A stretch of DNA of 63,719 bases, counting the filler. It is 4 parts of 4 records of this genome, joined end to end, with 100 filler letters (N's around TTAATTAATTAA, not from the genome) between each part and the next. Parts side by side here need not be neighbours in the genome. Positions count along the whole stretch, not along the records: positions 1 to 17,704 come from SRR20825019_1758; 3 more parts are not named here. The stretch is one strand, 5' to 3'. The notes under the pieces were generated by a model. It was not told where the DNA came from, did not search any database, and saw only the letters and a list, made by a program, of their open reading frames with translations. The position numbers were made by a program, and so were the translations under genes. Positions 1-12,197 of this stretch are shown here, piece after piece; the stretch's first letter is position 1; each line of letters starts with the position of its first letter.

Positions 1-21
1 GGGGGGGGGGGGGGGGGGGGG
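1..21. other. Poly-G run at contig start, probable sequencing artefact
   Basis: 21 consecutive G at the contig edge, typical of two-colour Illumina no-signal calls. Confidence 0.7.
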
Positions 22-1060
22 CGGCCCGGCGGCCGCCGCACCACTAACCCTGAGTTCACCGTGACTGCGCGGTTGCCGGCTGCTCCTGGTGTCGGTTGTG
101 GCAAACTTGCACCTCCGGCCGGCCGGCATGGCAAGCCGACTGACTCCATCGAACTGAACACGACCCCACGGACCCGCCGAGCCCCCAAGGGGCGGCCAAG
201 GGTTAGGATGGCGGGACTCGCACCCGAGTCCGTTTGCTGGTGATCGGTCTATCATCACACTGCCGCCGGCGAGTGACGCGGCGTCACGGCGAGATCTGGA
301 TCTCAGTTCCACCGTGACCGGACAGGCCGCGGTCACCGGCCGGGCCGTCCGGTCCCGTCACGGATCGGCTGGCCTAATCTCAGTCCGAGGGCCAGCGAGG
401 ACCGAAGCACTGCTTCGGCGACGGACAACGACGCGTCGCCGTCGCGTCAGTGACCCAGCGTCCTCCCCGAATCGCCGCAACGTGAAGCGTCCTAGCTGTT
501 AAAAAGATCCAATAATACACGTGTCAATTATGTAAACATGGATTCATTCCCGACTCTGGTGGCCGGTCGTCGTACGAGTCACACACGCCCCGCGACCGTG
601 TGCCGCCGACCGGACCCGGCTGACGGCACGGCGCTCACGTTTGATTGTGCCGGCCTCCGTGCCGCCAGGCGATGCACGCCGGCTGGGCGGCGCAGCGGGG
701 CGCGGCGGGGCGAACGCGGGCGCGGGCGGCGCGGCGCGCGGTCGGTCGGCCGGTGGGCCTGCGTGCCAAAATAGGACCGCCGGTGACTCGGCTGCCGGAA
801 ACCGGCGCGGCGGGCCACGCGCACACGGGCCGTTGCGCCGACCCAAAGAGAGTCGACCCCAACGGTTTCGAGAGGTGAGTTTTCCCTTCAGGGTCTACCT
901 CTAGCAACAGATTTGGACAGTTGGAGAGTTAGTTCCAAGTACCCATGACTTGGCCGGATCCGGCAGGGCACCAAAGAATGGGATGTTCGCAAGGAGAATA
1001 TCCGTTTATAGTTGTTGTCGCAAATCCTGATAAACCTATGTACCTGTCGGGACTTTCGGA

Positions 1061-1783
1061 ATGAACAAAGGCAAAGTGTTGACAACCAACCAGCTATTCA
1101 ACCCATACGTTGACAAGTTTTTGCTTGATACTGCGGCCGATGACAAATCAAGGACAGCAGAGTCAAACCAAGGTGCTCTTTTGAAGAGCAATCGAGGGCT
1201 ACGTGACACGGGGAAACCTAGTGGTCGCTGGAGGCCTTCATTCCCACGTTGTGACTCCGTTACAGGAAGCTGGGTTTCGACAACCCGCACGGTATCCAGT
1301 CACTGTTCGAGCAGCAGTCGCTATTCAAGGTCGCACGCTACCGAAACTCCGAATAGGGCCATCACTATCTGTTCCCCAACTTCAACCGAAAGGAAGTTCG
1401 GCACTCATCGTCGACCAGAATCAGCGTCAAGCTATTCATACGGGACCAGTTCTAGGGCAACAAGTACAAGGACAGTCACTCGCCATTTGGAAAGGCTGGA
1501 GAAGATGCAGTTGAAAGACTTCGAAGAAACAAAAGAAATTAAGAGGCTGGCGGAGAAGATGAATGAGCAAGTTGGTGAGATCACGAACTTAATTGCTAGG
1601 GGACTGCGTGAGAATGAGCGAAAAGCTGTACGCCGCCCAATGACAGCAACTTTCATCGAGCGATTCGGAGAAAATACTAACCAGCCTTTTGCAATCAATC
1701 GTACACACAGAACTGTACAAATGCATAGTGCCCGGAACACACGAATGCCCATACCAAGTGACACCTACTTCAAGTATACATGA
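1061..1783 (+). CDS. Eukaryotic hypothetical protein, Ser/Arg-rich with a coiled-coil segment; 5' end uncertain
   Basis: 240-aa ORF with coiled-coil-like HLERLEKMQLKDFEETKEIKRLAEKMNEQV; lies downstream of a GC island and tail-to-tail with the next gene; possible upstream intron GTGAGT...CAG near 876-911. Confidence 0.55.
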   Translation: MNKGKVLTTNQLFNPYVDKFLLDTAADDKSRTAESNQGALLKSNRGLRDTGKPSGRWRPSFPRCDSVTGSWVSTTRTVSSHCSSSSRYSRSHATETPNRAITICSPTSTERKFGTHRRPESASSYSYGTSSRATSTRTVTRHLERLEKMQLKDFEETKEIKRLAEKMNEQVGEITNLIARGLRENERKAVRRPMTATFIERFGENTNQPFAINRTHRTVQMHSARNTRMPIPSDTYFKYT

Positions 1784-1817
1784 GTGCACGCTAACACAGA
1801 TAGGAACGTGATAACAT

Positions 1818-2909
1818 TTACAGGCCGAGGAGTTCCTTCTTCTTTGCCTGAAACTCTTCCTCGCTGACAATACCCGAATCCCTCATCTTGGCAAGCTTTT
1901 CCAAATACTCCAAGTTTCCAATTTCAGTGGATGAGCGTCTTGCTTGCTGGGATTCGCTACCCGGCTTCACAATGTTACGGAAGTTTCCAGCAGTGGATGC
2001 AGTTGGCATGTTACGCATTTGAGCATCCATGTAGCTCAACCCAGCATCAGGATTAACCCCACCAGAACCTTTGACAATATTGCGAGAATTATCCGTCTGG
2101 AATGAGCCCTGAACCTTGCGCATTTCCTCGTCAAACTTGGTAGTGGAGGTGTTGGTGCAAGGAGGTGCTGCTCCTGCCTTGGTAATATTGCGTGTGGTAT
2201 CCTGCTGGAAGGGGCTAGCAACCTTGCGCATCTCTTCATCAAACTTTGTGGTCACGCCCCCGTAGGACGGTGAGCCCTGGGGACCATTGACGATATCCCG
2301 ATGCCGAAGAGTGTTGTCTACCTTAAGGGAGTGCATAGCACCAGTCAGAAGGGGGACCTCGTTCCTGGAAGCACGGATCTGCTCTTCAGTAAACTTGGAA
2401 GCCTGCTTTTCTGCTACCTTTGCGCCAATATAAGGTCCGCCAAATGTTGGGATGCCCCTTGACGCCCTTCCAAGAGCATGGATATTCTGAATTACCTGGT
2501 TAACATCCTTTCCTTCATACAGGTCTACAGTCATAAAGGAGTCTGCGTCGCCGACACCCAAATCCTTCGCTACCGCTAAATAGTTCCTATCATCACGGTA
2601 AGAACTCACTGCTCCAATAACAATACACACCCAGATAACTCACGAGATATTCTCCATCTCCTTGAAAGGAATCTGCATGTTGTTTATCTTCTTGATGGAT
2701 CCGGGCTTGATTTTGTTCACCACCTTGCAAAGCTGCACTCCAGACTTCAGCGACTCACAAAAGCTCTTTCCAGTGGGGAGCTTCTCTCCAATAAGAGTCT
2801 CAATCCACTCGCGCGCCTCCGCCTCCAACTGAGGGTCATATTTTAGCATAGCACGAGCTTGTAGCTCCTTGTCGATGCCGTACTGTGGCAGTCCCCGATG
2901 GTTGTTCAT
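1818..2909 (-). CDS. Calponin-homology (transgelin/Mp20-like) protein with internal repeats and a C-terminal SHOCT-like domain; 2 exons (intron 2587-2643)
   Basis: KYDPQLEAEAREWIE, LKSGVQLCKVVNKIKPGSI, MENIS|NYL and TVDLYEGKD are CH-domain motifs; the GTGAGT...TAG 57-nt intron joins ORFs 2640-2909 and 1818-2630 in frame; C-terminus LEKLAKMRDSGIVSEEEFQAKKKELL. Confidence 0.88.
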
Positions 2910-3749
2910 GTTGAGTTGGTAACTTCGACAACGGCAGTAGTGGGCACATATTTAGGACGAGTCACGATGGCTTCACCGATGAAGACTTCAAACGAAACCG
3001 TTTGAAAGAGGAACGTTCTCCTTCTGGAACACCACAGCTGCACTGACCCTGATGCTCATCGATCCCTTGGACTGCACGACTGCCACATGCCCCGCGGCCC
3101 GCCGTCAGCGATCAGTGCGAGAACTGTCCACTGAGTGCGGCTGACGTGCCGTGAGCGGTTGTCCGCTGCGTCGTGACTCAGTGACTCTCGCGGAACTTGA
3201 GGGGATGCATGTAGGGGACCCTCCTCGAGATATCTCTATACCAAAATAATTGCCACGTGTACATTGCATCGACCGGAAACTTTGAGTTCGAATGCCTGAC
3301 GGCGTGCGGCCTGCTCACGGCACGGGCACACGACGGCAAAAATGAAATTTCATCAAGGATGTCGCCATCGGATAGTGAAGCGTCGGCGCCACGAGCCGGC
3401 CACCGCCTCGGCTCACGGCACGACAAATGAATCGCCATGCGTTTCCGTTTCTGCACTCACCATCCTCACTCACGGGCGGAGCCCCATCATCTGAGTCCGC
3501 AAAGACTACGCGACGGGTTCGCCCGCCCGTCATCAGCTCTCGCGACCCGAACCTCGCCGGCGCTGACCGACCAGCCCCTCCCCCCTCCCGCCCCCCGGCA
3601 CTCTAGGAAACCCCAACTTTCACCATCAGTGATTCCAAGTTCCTCACGGCGGCTTCGGACAGTAATTAAATAATACTCCTTTTGCACGGCAGGCCTGAGC
3701 ATCGGGGGATTTTCAACACCAGCGTCAAACCATACGGTTGCTGTGAGAC

Positions 3750-6239
3750 ATGTCCGACCGTTCGAATGGCGGTTCCGATAGGGACTCGGATCGTGCTTCT
3801 AGCAAAGGTTCACAACGAGGTTCCGAAGGTTCGCGAGTGAAGTCCCAGTCTATTGATATTTCCGGGTTGTTTGAGGAACGGCAACCTGGTGCAGCGGCTG
3901 TTCCTGGGGGTGAGGATGTGGCCAAAATTTCTTCGTCTGTTGATGATGGCATCCTGTCGAAGCACAAAATATATCAGCCCCCCCCGGTTCGGCTGGCATC
4001 GTCCTCTATGACTGGCCCTGCTCCTGTGGCAGTTCCTTCTGACGATAATTCTAGAACGAACAGCCCTGCACCTGGCTCCCTAGGTAGGAGGACGCCGTTA
4101 AGGTCGAGGCCCCTGTCGGAGTCTATTCTTAGTAATCGTCTAAACTTTGGCTTGGGCAACAAGCCAGATTTTAAGAGGCTGTCCTCACCAGCAAGAAGTG
4201 TTGGCAGCAACAATGACGTATATGTGAAGCTGCCAAGACAGAGGACAGTTGATGAGCTTTCAGAAGCAGACTCGGAGTATTCTCAGCTTCTCGGTATCAG
4301 TCGCAATGCTGCCGTTACGACATGGGAGTTTCCCGGATGGGGTAGTGCAGGTTATATTACTGCTGAGAATCTGGAAATGGTCGCAAGAGATGAAGGCGCC
4401 GTTTATCGCAGCGATACCGGTGTGGCCCATCAAGGTAAACTTGGTGAGCTTCGTGCTACCGCATTGTCTGGGAACGATATTAGCTCCAGCTGCCTGTACG
4501 TATCTGCTCAGTGTTCTGTTGCAGCTGGAATTTATGCGCCGATTGCGCTGCTCCTTGTTGGAGCTTTGTTGTACGTGTTTAGAAAAGTGTATTCGGAAGT
4601 GGGTACCGCGCTCCCCTTGAACGGTGGTGCTTACAATGTTCTTCTTAATACTACTAGCAAAAGATGGGCCTCTCTAGCCGCTTGCCTGTCTATGATATCA
4701 TATATTGCTACTGGGGTCGTGAGCGGAACATCTGCTGTCGACTATTTGCTGGGCTTATTTTCATTAGATGACTCGACACATCTGTACTGGTTGCTTGGAG
4801 GAACCATTCTGTTACTGGCGTTTTTTGCCTTTCTGAACTTTGTGGGCATCAGTGAAAGTGCCAATGTCGCAGTTTTCATCTTTATTGTCCACCTTGGCAC
4901 TCTCAGTGCAGTGATTATCGCGTGTATTGTTTCGTCTATCAAGGATGGCAACTTCTTGAAGCATAATCTCGAACATGACCAGAATTATCACCCTATGCAT
5001 ATTATGCATGCCATCTTTTTCGGATTTGTGGCTGCTATGTTGGGAATCAGCGGCTTCGAGACGTCCGCAAACTTTATTGAAGAGCAACAGGACGGAGTCT
5101 TTGTGAAGACACTCCGCAACATGTGGATTCTCGTAACTTTTTTCAATCCGGTTATTTGCATTCTCTCCATGTGCATCTTACCTATGGATGAAATCTTGCA
5201 TAAGCACCAAAATGATCTGCTTTCGGCGATGGCCAGGCGTTCTGGTGGACACTATTTCTCGATTTGGGTGTCCATTAATGCTTTTATGGTTTTGTCGGGG
5301 GCGGTGTTGACAAGCTATGTTGGCATCTTGGGTCTGGTCAGACGGATGGCCTTGGACCGAGTCATGCCTCAATTCCTGCTCATCGAGAACAAGTGGAGGA
5401 AGACAAAGCATTGGATCATCATACTTTTCTTGCTTATTTGCACTGCTCTTATCTTGTTTTCTCAGGGAAAGATGGACGTATTGTCACGAGTATATACTCA
5501 GGCATTCCTATGTGTGATGATTTTGTTTGCTCTCGGGAATATCCTGCTCAAGGTGAAGCGGGCGAAGTTGGTGCAGTCTCTCCCATCACACGTGACTGCA
5601 TCTTGGTTTACGGTAATTGTGGCCATGCTTGCAGTGATGGCTGCTTTCGGAGGTGTTGTATACCAAGGGTACAAGACAATCTACATCTTCGTGTTGTATT
5701 TTGGATTGAGCGTCGTTGTGGTGTACACCATCCTCTTTAGGGTTGCTGTTCTGAAGGGACTGCATGCTCTGGTAGACAAATTGGTGCCAGGATCGCGCTT
5801 AAGTCGGCTCATCCGCAGGCAGGCTCGGAAATGGGTTAAGAAAAAGGTAATATTCTTTATGAAAGTCGAGCATCTGGATAGGATGGTGCACGCAGCAGAA
5901 TATGTCATGGCCAATGAGCAGGCAAGACGTATGGTGTGCGTCCACGTTATTCCTTCAATGGATCCCGGGGATGACACACATTACGGCCCACTCAACGCGG
6001 ATCTCGCAGAAGCACTCAAGAACGAACTCAATGAGCTGGACAACGCATTCCCAACGTTACAGCTCGATTTCATGGTTGTTGAAGACCCGAAGGGATTCAA
6101 CCCAGACCTCCTTGACACTCTGTCACACATCCTGCGTGTACAACATAATCTCATGTTCATAGGCTGTCCGTCCCATGACTTTGAGAACAAATACGGCTTC
6201 CAAGTGGCAGACCTTGGTGGAGTCCGGGTCATCGTGTAA
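3750..6239 (+). CDS. APC-family amino-acid permease with disordered N-terminus and soluble C-terminal domain; intronless
   Basis: 829-aa ORF with many hydrophobic segments; GNDISSSCLY, ALPLNGGAYNVLLNTTSK and GISGFETSAN motifs. Confidence 0.88.
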   Translation: MSDRSNGGSDRDSDRASSKGSQRGSEGSRVKSQSIDISGLFEERQPGAAAVPGGEDVAKISSSVDDGILSKHKIYQPPPVRLASSSMTGPAPVAVPSDDNSRTNSPAPGSLGRRTPLRSRPLSESILSNRLNFGLGNKPDFKRLSSPARSVGSNNDVYVKLPRQRTVDELSEADSEYSQLLGISRNAAVTTWEFPGWGSAGYITAENLEMVARDEGAVYRSDTGVAHQGKLGELRATALSGNDISSSCLYVSAQCSVAAGIYAPIALLLVGALLYVFRKVYSEVGTALPLNGGAYNVLLNTTSKRWASLAACLSMISYIATGVVSGTSAVDYLLGLFSLDDSTHLYWLLGGTILLLAFFAFLNFVGISESANVAVFIFIVHLGTLSAVIIACIVSSIKDGNFLKHNLEHDQNYHPMHIMHAIFFGFVAAMLGISGFETSANFIEEQQDGVFVKTLRNMWILVTFFNPVICILSMCILPMDEILHKHQNDLLSAMARRSGGHYFSIWVSINAFMVLSGAVLTSYVGILGLVRRMALDRVMPQFLLIENKWRKTKHWIIILFLLICTALILFSQGKMDVLSRVYTQAFLCVMILFALGNILLKVKRAKLVQSLPSHVTASWFTVIVAMLAVMAAFGGVVYQGYKTIYIFVLYFGLSVVVVYTILFRVAVLKGLHALVDKLVPGSRLSRLIRRQARKWVKKKVIFFMKVEHLDRMVHAAEYVMANEQARRMVCVHVIPSMDPGDDTHYGPLNADLAEALKNELNELDNAFPTLQLDFMVVEDPKGFNPDLLDTLSHILRVQHNLMFIGCPSHDFENKYGFQVADLGGVRVIV

Positions 6240-6262
6240 CAGTAAAGTCGTTTGCCTGTATC

Positions 6263-6954
6263 CTATTGTGGGAAAGCTGTGGTCATGTTTGTGAAGAACC
6301 TTTCCACATCGCCATTGCAGAGGGGGCACAGGCGGGAAACTTGGAACCATCTTGATACACACTAGCAGGGAATCAGCAGATGGCACACGAATATACAAGA
6401 TACACAATACATACGTGACTGTGATAATGGTGCGCGCAGGGAAGCATAGACACAGACTCGCCTTTCTTGTATGGCAGCAAGCATATGATACAGGTTGCAC
6501 TATCTTTGGCAATTACACTATCTTCCTCGTATTCAAGGGTCAATATTGACGCCAAGACGCTCGGCTGGACCCCTCTACGACGGCGGCGTTGCTCCACTGG
6601 GTCCCCATCTATCAATACCTGGATTCCAAGCATGGCCAGAAAACGCCTACAGGAGTGTGTTAGTACTGATATTCACCCTCTCTTCAAATAAACGTACAGC
6701 ATTTGGTCACTGCAGAGTATTGCAAAGAAAAGCCTGGCAATATAAGCATAGATAGGGCGAAGTGCCCTTGCAAAGCCTCCATGTGAACACCAGCAGAGAC
6801 ATGTTGTGCAAGACAAGAAAGTGGCTAAAAAGAAGAAGGATGCTCGTATGGATATAAGTATAGACAACGCAAAAACTCGTGACAGCAGGTACGAGAGTCT
6901 TGCAGGAGCGAAACAGCTAAGCCAGCACGAACACGGACAGTGGACTCGAGGCAT
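6263..6954 (-). CDS. RING-H2 E3 ubiquitin ligase with hydrophobic N-terminus; 3 coding exons (introns 6647-6697, 6362-6414)
   Basis: Spliced product reads CIIC...PCAHHYHSH|CVSRWFQVSRLCPLC (C3H2C3); both introns are GT-AG, one has a TACTAAC branch point, and they restore the frame. Confidence 0.8.
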
Positions 6955-7802
6955 CCTGTAGGCCCACGTGCCACACTCACTATTTAAAGTTTTTAAACCT
7001 ATACTTCTATTCAGCTCATCCACACTCTATGAACCTACACTAGGAAGTCATCGCCTGGGTGAGGTGAGTTCGCTCACCGGGTGACGACGGCGTCGAGGGA
7101 GGGGTAAACGGCCGCGGTGTGCCACCTGGCCGGGCGGCCGGCGACCGCCGCCGCAGTTCCATAGATCAGGCCCACGCCCGACGACGAGGCGCTGGTGGTT
7201 GAGCGGCTGGTCCCGGGAGTGCCTGGTGGCCGAGTTGCCGAATATGAATTCGTTTCGGTGCTGGTCAGTCCCGTGAGCAGCCGGTCAGCAATGTCGGCGG
7301 CTGGACGCCGGAACGACTGGAACCGTGGAAGATTGGGGATGCACCGAGTGGACTGTGGACTACTGAAGTGACGGCAACGAGTTCACATTAATTGTCACGC
7401 GACAATCATCTTTTTGGAAGCCATTGTATCTAGATTTTCGTTATAGTCGAGGTGTTCCGGATTGGGCCGCCAGGGCCACAACTGGTCGGGCCCGCCGGCG
7501 AGGCCGGAGTCAGGGTTCACGGGGCACGGGCCCGGCCCGGTCCGCGCCCGGACCCATCGGGCGGGCCCACCCACCGCCCTGACACCATTGCGGTCGTGTT
7601 GCTCTGCGGGGGCAGACTCTCGCGGCCTCGGCGCTGCGGGCTGATTCGGATCACAGCATTCCATGCTCTTCAGGCTTTCAGGCCAGCACATACACACACC
7701 TGACATAGGCACAGCCCATGTCGTACGCACCCACGACTGGCGTGGACGCGTATTTAATTAAAGGCGGTCCGATATTGCACTAGATTTCACTCTGGGTCCA
7801 AA

Positions 7803-9508
7803 ATGCCTAGACATGGTGGAGCTAGCTCACGTGGAGCCTCTGGTGACATGCAGCACAAGCGTAACCAGCTGTTTTCTTCTGTGAAGGCTCAGAAATTAGA
7901 TACCTTGAGGTGGCTGTTGGTTCACGGTGGTGTGAACGTCAACACGCGGGACGACGAAGAACACACAGCGCTTCAACTGGCTGCCGTGATGGGAAAAGAA
8001 AAGAGGTAAGTGTGCTTACGCTCTTACTTGTGTCATATACTAACTTGTTGTCTAGCCTGGATGTTATTGTAAGTTACATTAAGCGCGGTGGGCAGCCCAG
8101 TGACTACGACGTTCCTGATGATGCGGGACGCACTCCTCTCATGATGGCCGCCGCAAAGGGTATGTAACGGAGGGGGCTTGCAAGTTCACACCTAATCTCC
8201 CTGTAGGCCATTTTGGATGCTGCAAGCTTCTCATTGATTTTGGTGCAAAGATCAATCTTAAGGACGAGTCCGGCAAAACCGCTCGTCAATACGCCTTGGG
8301 TCGCAAACACGAGAATATTGTGAAGCTAATTGACGGGGATATTGAAGAGTCTGAAGAAGAGGCTGAGGATGTTCCTGATGAGGAGTATATGACATCCACT
8401 CAAAGGAGCAAGCTGAAAAAGAAGGAGCTCCAAATGAAGGAGGGTCGTGGAAAGATTGAAGGTGGCAGCGATGATGAGAAAGCAAAGGAGGATGAGGAGG
8501 AAGAGAAGAAAGGTAGCTCCATATGTTTATATTCCAAGTATTGTTCTAATTCATCCAATCAGAAGATGTTAAGGCCCCAGAGCCCAAATGGGATGAAGTG
8601 AAGAAAATCATTGCTGATGATAAGAAGGATCTGACCATCAGCCGTCAAAATGATACATCGGGCGAGTCAGATGAGATCGATATGGCCATCTTCTACACTG
8701 GCATCAACCGACTCCAGCTACGCATGCCACAGGGCAAGCTAACCTCGTTCCCCGGCGAGATCAAGCGCCTGCCGCAGATGTTGACCCTTATTCTTTCGTT
8801 CAACTCTTTGGAATCTCTCCCTGAAGAGATTGGCACCTTGTCGAATCTGAAACACTTTGAGGTTTGTGTAGTTAGGTGCGTGTTGTGGAACCATGGCTAA
8901 CGCACTTCCATTAGTGTGAAGGTAACCAGTTGAAGGCATTGCCGAAGGCCATGGGAAAGTTGAACAAGCTCGAAGTTCTGAATTTGACTAATAACAAGCT
9001 GACATCTCTGGATGGACTCAAGGGCTGCACCAACTTGACATCAATTCATGTTGATGGAAATCAGCTTACTGCTCTGGATGTGCTACCTTTCAAGAAGATG
9101 GAGAGGTTGAACCATTTGTCGGCCAAGGGAAATCAAATTGATGAAGTGCCAAGCTCTATTGGAGCGCTTGCTAACTCCTTGATTTCAATTAACTTAGCCG
9201 ATAACAAACTCACCGAACTGCCGAGAGAAATGGGAAACCTCAAGGAAAAGAAATTCCAGACATATGATTTTGATGGCAATCCGTTTGAGGATCCGAAGCT
9301 TCGCCGTATGTTGCCCAAAGGCAAGAAAGACTTGTTGAACTACTTGAAGAAGTTAAAGCCTCAAAAGAAATCTTCCAAGAAGAAGAAGAAGAAGGAAGAG
9401 TCGGATGAGGAGGATGAGGAGGATGGGGGCCCCTCCAAGCCGTGGCCCTTGAGCGAGAAGAGGGATGACGATGATGACGCCGACGACGATGATGACGACG
9501 AAGAATAG
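7803..9508 (+). CDS. Ankyrin-repeat + leucine-rich-repeat protein with Lys-rich and acidic tail; 5 exons (introns 8006-8055, 8160-8206, 8513-8562, 8862-8914)
   Basis: Ankyrin motifs HTALQLAA and GRTPLMMAAAKG; LRR motifs LxxLxLxxNxL; all four GT-AG introns give an in-frame join. Confidence 0.88.
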
Positions 9509-9613
9509 ATCATTCTTAGAAGTATTAAAATGAGTATGGTATTGTGAGTTGTTTTTTACTTTGTTGTGTTGGTTGTTGGTGTTAGTTCATGGATGACTCG
9601 GCAACGAAACACG

Positions 9614-11145
9614 CTAGTTGGTCCATACGTGCAAGGTGCCGTTCTTGTTACCAGTGTAGATTTCGTTCCTTTCTTCGTTGTAGAAGAGAGCGGAGACCTC
9701 TTCAAGGGCAGCTTTCGATGATTCATCCCAGGAGTCATCGCAACATATTTTTGCCATGCACTTTCCAGTTAGGATACTCGACACATTGATGGATCCACGG
9801 TGATAGTTGTTATGCTTGCAGTAAGACAAAATCAGATCTTGCGAGCTTGATATATATATGTTGTTGGTGGTGCAGTCGGGATACCACAGTAGATGATCTT
9901 CGAATCGAGATACCAGCTCTCCCCTAAAATTCCAGACAGCAATACACCTACTGCGGAAGGTGAGGAACAGCTGGTTCTCATACAAGAATATGAATGCAGA
10001 CGGCGTGGCAAAGTCGCTCCTAGCTACTTCAGCCACTTCTTGGGTCCGCACATCCATTATTTGCAATCCTTCATTCTCTTGCTTAACAAGCAAATGCTCA
10101 TTGAATTGTTCAATGAAGTCAACCTTCTTTCCCTTTTTCAACTCGTGTTTGAAGGAATGCAAAGTCTAAACCTTCATCAGTATCAAGCATTATAATGCAA
10201 ATGTATTCCCCTACCTTCCCTGTGTCAATTGACACAATTTCTAAGGTAATGTGGTTGTTAACTCTTTCGTATATTAAAAGCATAACCCCAGGGCTAATTT
10301 TGATCTCCTGTAAATTCTTGTGTCCAATGGAGTAGAGTAGGTTGTAGTTCCTCATATCCCATATCTTATATACCCTAGACAAGCATGAGTCCATCTTCAC
10401 CATCATGGGTGGAATAAGCACTCACTTATTTTCCGCAGAGAAGGTCAGAATCTTTCCATTAACATCATCGAATTCAACGAAACCAGGCCACCGCAAGGTT
10501 TCGGACTCGAATAGGGGGAAACCTGCCTCAGGCTTGCCGCGCTTGATATATCTGCGTGGCTGTTGGGAACTATACCGAGAGGAAGCATTGATGACCTACT
10601 CTATAGGTGTTGTTCTACAGTTCAATGAACTAAAGTTGTCATGACGATATACCGACACGGTGATAATAGAGTTGTTCGTTTTGTTGTAGAACAAACTCCT
10701 GATGACTTCGTCTGGAGTTACGTTAAGGTAGCATATGCGCTTCTTGGTAACTATGGCCAAAGCGTTAATCGGAGCCTCTTCAGGGACATAAAGAAAAAGC
10801 ATACTTAGATCAAAAGCTACACAAACTCCGGACTGCGTAAGACCAAAAAGAACGTCCTTGGCAGAAGTAATTTCGCTAATTTTAGATGGCTTTCGCAAGA
10901 ATGCCAACTTGAAAGCGGAAGACACTGAGCTGTCGTATATCGAAAAAGAGTTCTAAATGTAGCAGTAAGCATCTTGAGCTTATAGGAGGAAAAAGGCCTA
11001 CCTTCAATCCAGCGTTCCTGAACTTGTCTGCAGCATGGTGCCTCTTAAAGTAAGTGTTTGTTGCAGCGCTGTGCTCCCGAGACATAATCTTTCGCATAAC
11101 ATTATGTGCGCCATGACTCCGCCTAACTGGAGGCGCCTTGGGCAT
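9614..11145 (-). CDS. Conserved WD40-like beta-propeller protein; about 6 exons
   Basis: Spliced product includes LRWPGFVEFDDVNGKILTFSA, QEIKISPGVMLL, FIEQFNEHLLVKQENE and EIYTGNKNGTLHVW; five short GT-AG introns restore the frame; resembles an uncharacterised WD40-like family I recall from plants and protists. Confidence 0.82.
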
Positions 11146-12197
11146 GTTGGGTTGCCACAGGAGATATCCAACCCGTTCTCCTAAATGACTCCAGTCGCAG
11201 CCGATCTTTGTAACTAGAGAACACTGAGATAAATATCATGTGTGAGAGAGAATATGCCGGATATCCCGAGGCAAAGGCCCACAGAGGTGGCGAGAAAGCC
11301 GGCATTGCAAGCACAGGCAACGAGAAACCACAGGTCCGCATGAGCGTGTTGGTCATAGGAAAGAGCGGAAGTTCTTGCCTAGCTTCCTGTGGCCCATGGA
11401 CGGCACAAGTATTAGCGGCCCCCATAATGCTCACAACCCTCTGTAGCTGTTCGGAGTCCTAGCTAGCTCCAGCTAGTAGAACGAGTGCACCCCAGTAGAG
11501 CCTCTACGAGGGGGTGCTACGGACTCAAAGGCAAGACTGCTGTACTGTGTCTTGAGAGCCGTGGAGCAACAAGAGTGCGACGAAAGGAGGAGGCTCTGCC
11601 CAGTGATGCATCGTCACCCTCATGCATCAGTCATAGCCTCATCCGTCGTCAGTGCCTACTGCCCGGCGGCCCGGCGGGCGGCGCGTCCCGGGGCGCCGCA
11701 CTGCAGGACACGCGACGGTCGGGCCCGTTCATGACTGTGAGAGTTGGCTTCGGACGGGGCTGTCAATTGTTTCCGGGCGATGGTGCTAGCGTGTGTGCAT
11801 CGCAAAAAGTGTAACTGATCAGTGAGAGGAACGTTATGTATAAAGAGGTAACCGCGATTTTATTGCAAAATATCTTTCCTATTTCCAAATTTAAATCAAA
11901 AGTGGAAATGTGTTTTACCACAAAGCACCCGATCAGCGTCGATGACGTGGCTCAAACCAGCCAACGTCCCATCCCAGTCTGCTCCTCAACCCTGCAAGAC
12001 AAGATGGGTCTCCCCTAACCCTCAAGCTTTGCGCACATACGACTAGCTATTCGCCGGCGGGCTCGCCGGACTGAAGGTGTTACTATGACTCCAGAAGCTA
12101 GCTGGGACTGCATGTAGCCGCAGCCTCAAAACTGGTTCAGACACTAACCCATAGCTAAGCTTATCCTGCGAGAAACACCGAAGAACTCTGCAAACAC

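Noticed and set aside
61-907. Many overlapping Arg/Ala/Gly/Pro-rich ORFs in the GC blocks (also near 3178-3702, 7395-7730, 12815-13112, 17501-17704)
   Set aside because: Expected from stop-codon scarcity in very GC-rich DNA; no recognisable motifs and they occur in all frames.
11123-12018. Short ORFs between the WD40 and RING genes
   Set aside because: No motifs, conflicting strands and no convincing splice model; more likely UTR or promoter sequence.
12013-12022. CCCTAACCCT as a possible telomerase RNA template or telomere seed
   Set aside because: A single 10-mer match is plausible by chance in 17.7 kb, and I see no supporting structure or tandem array.
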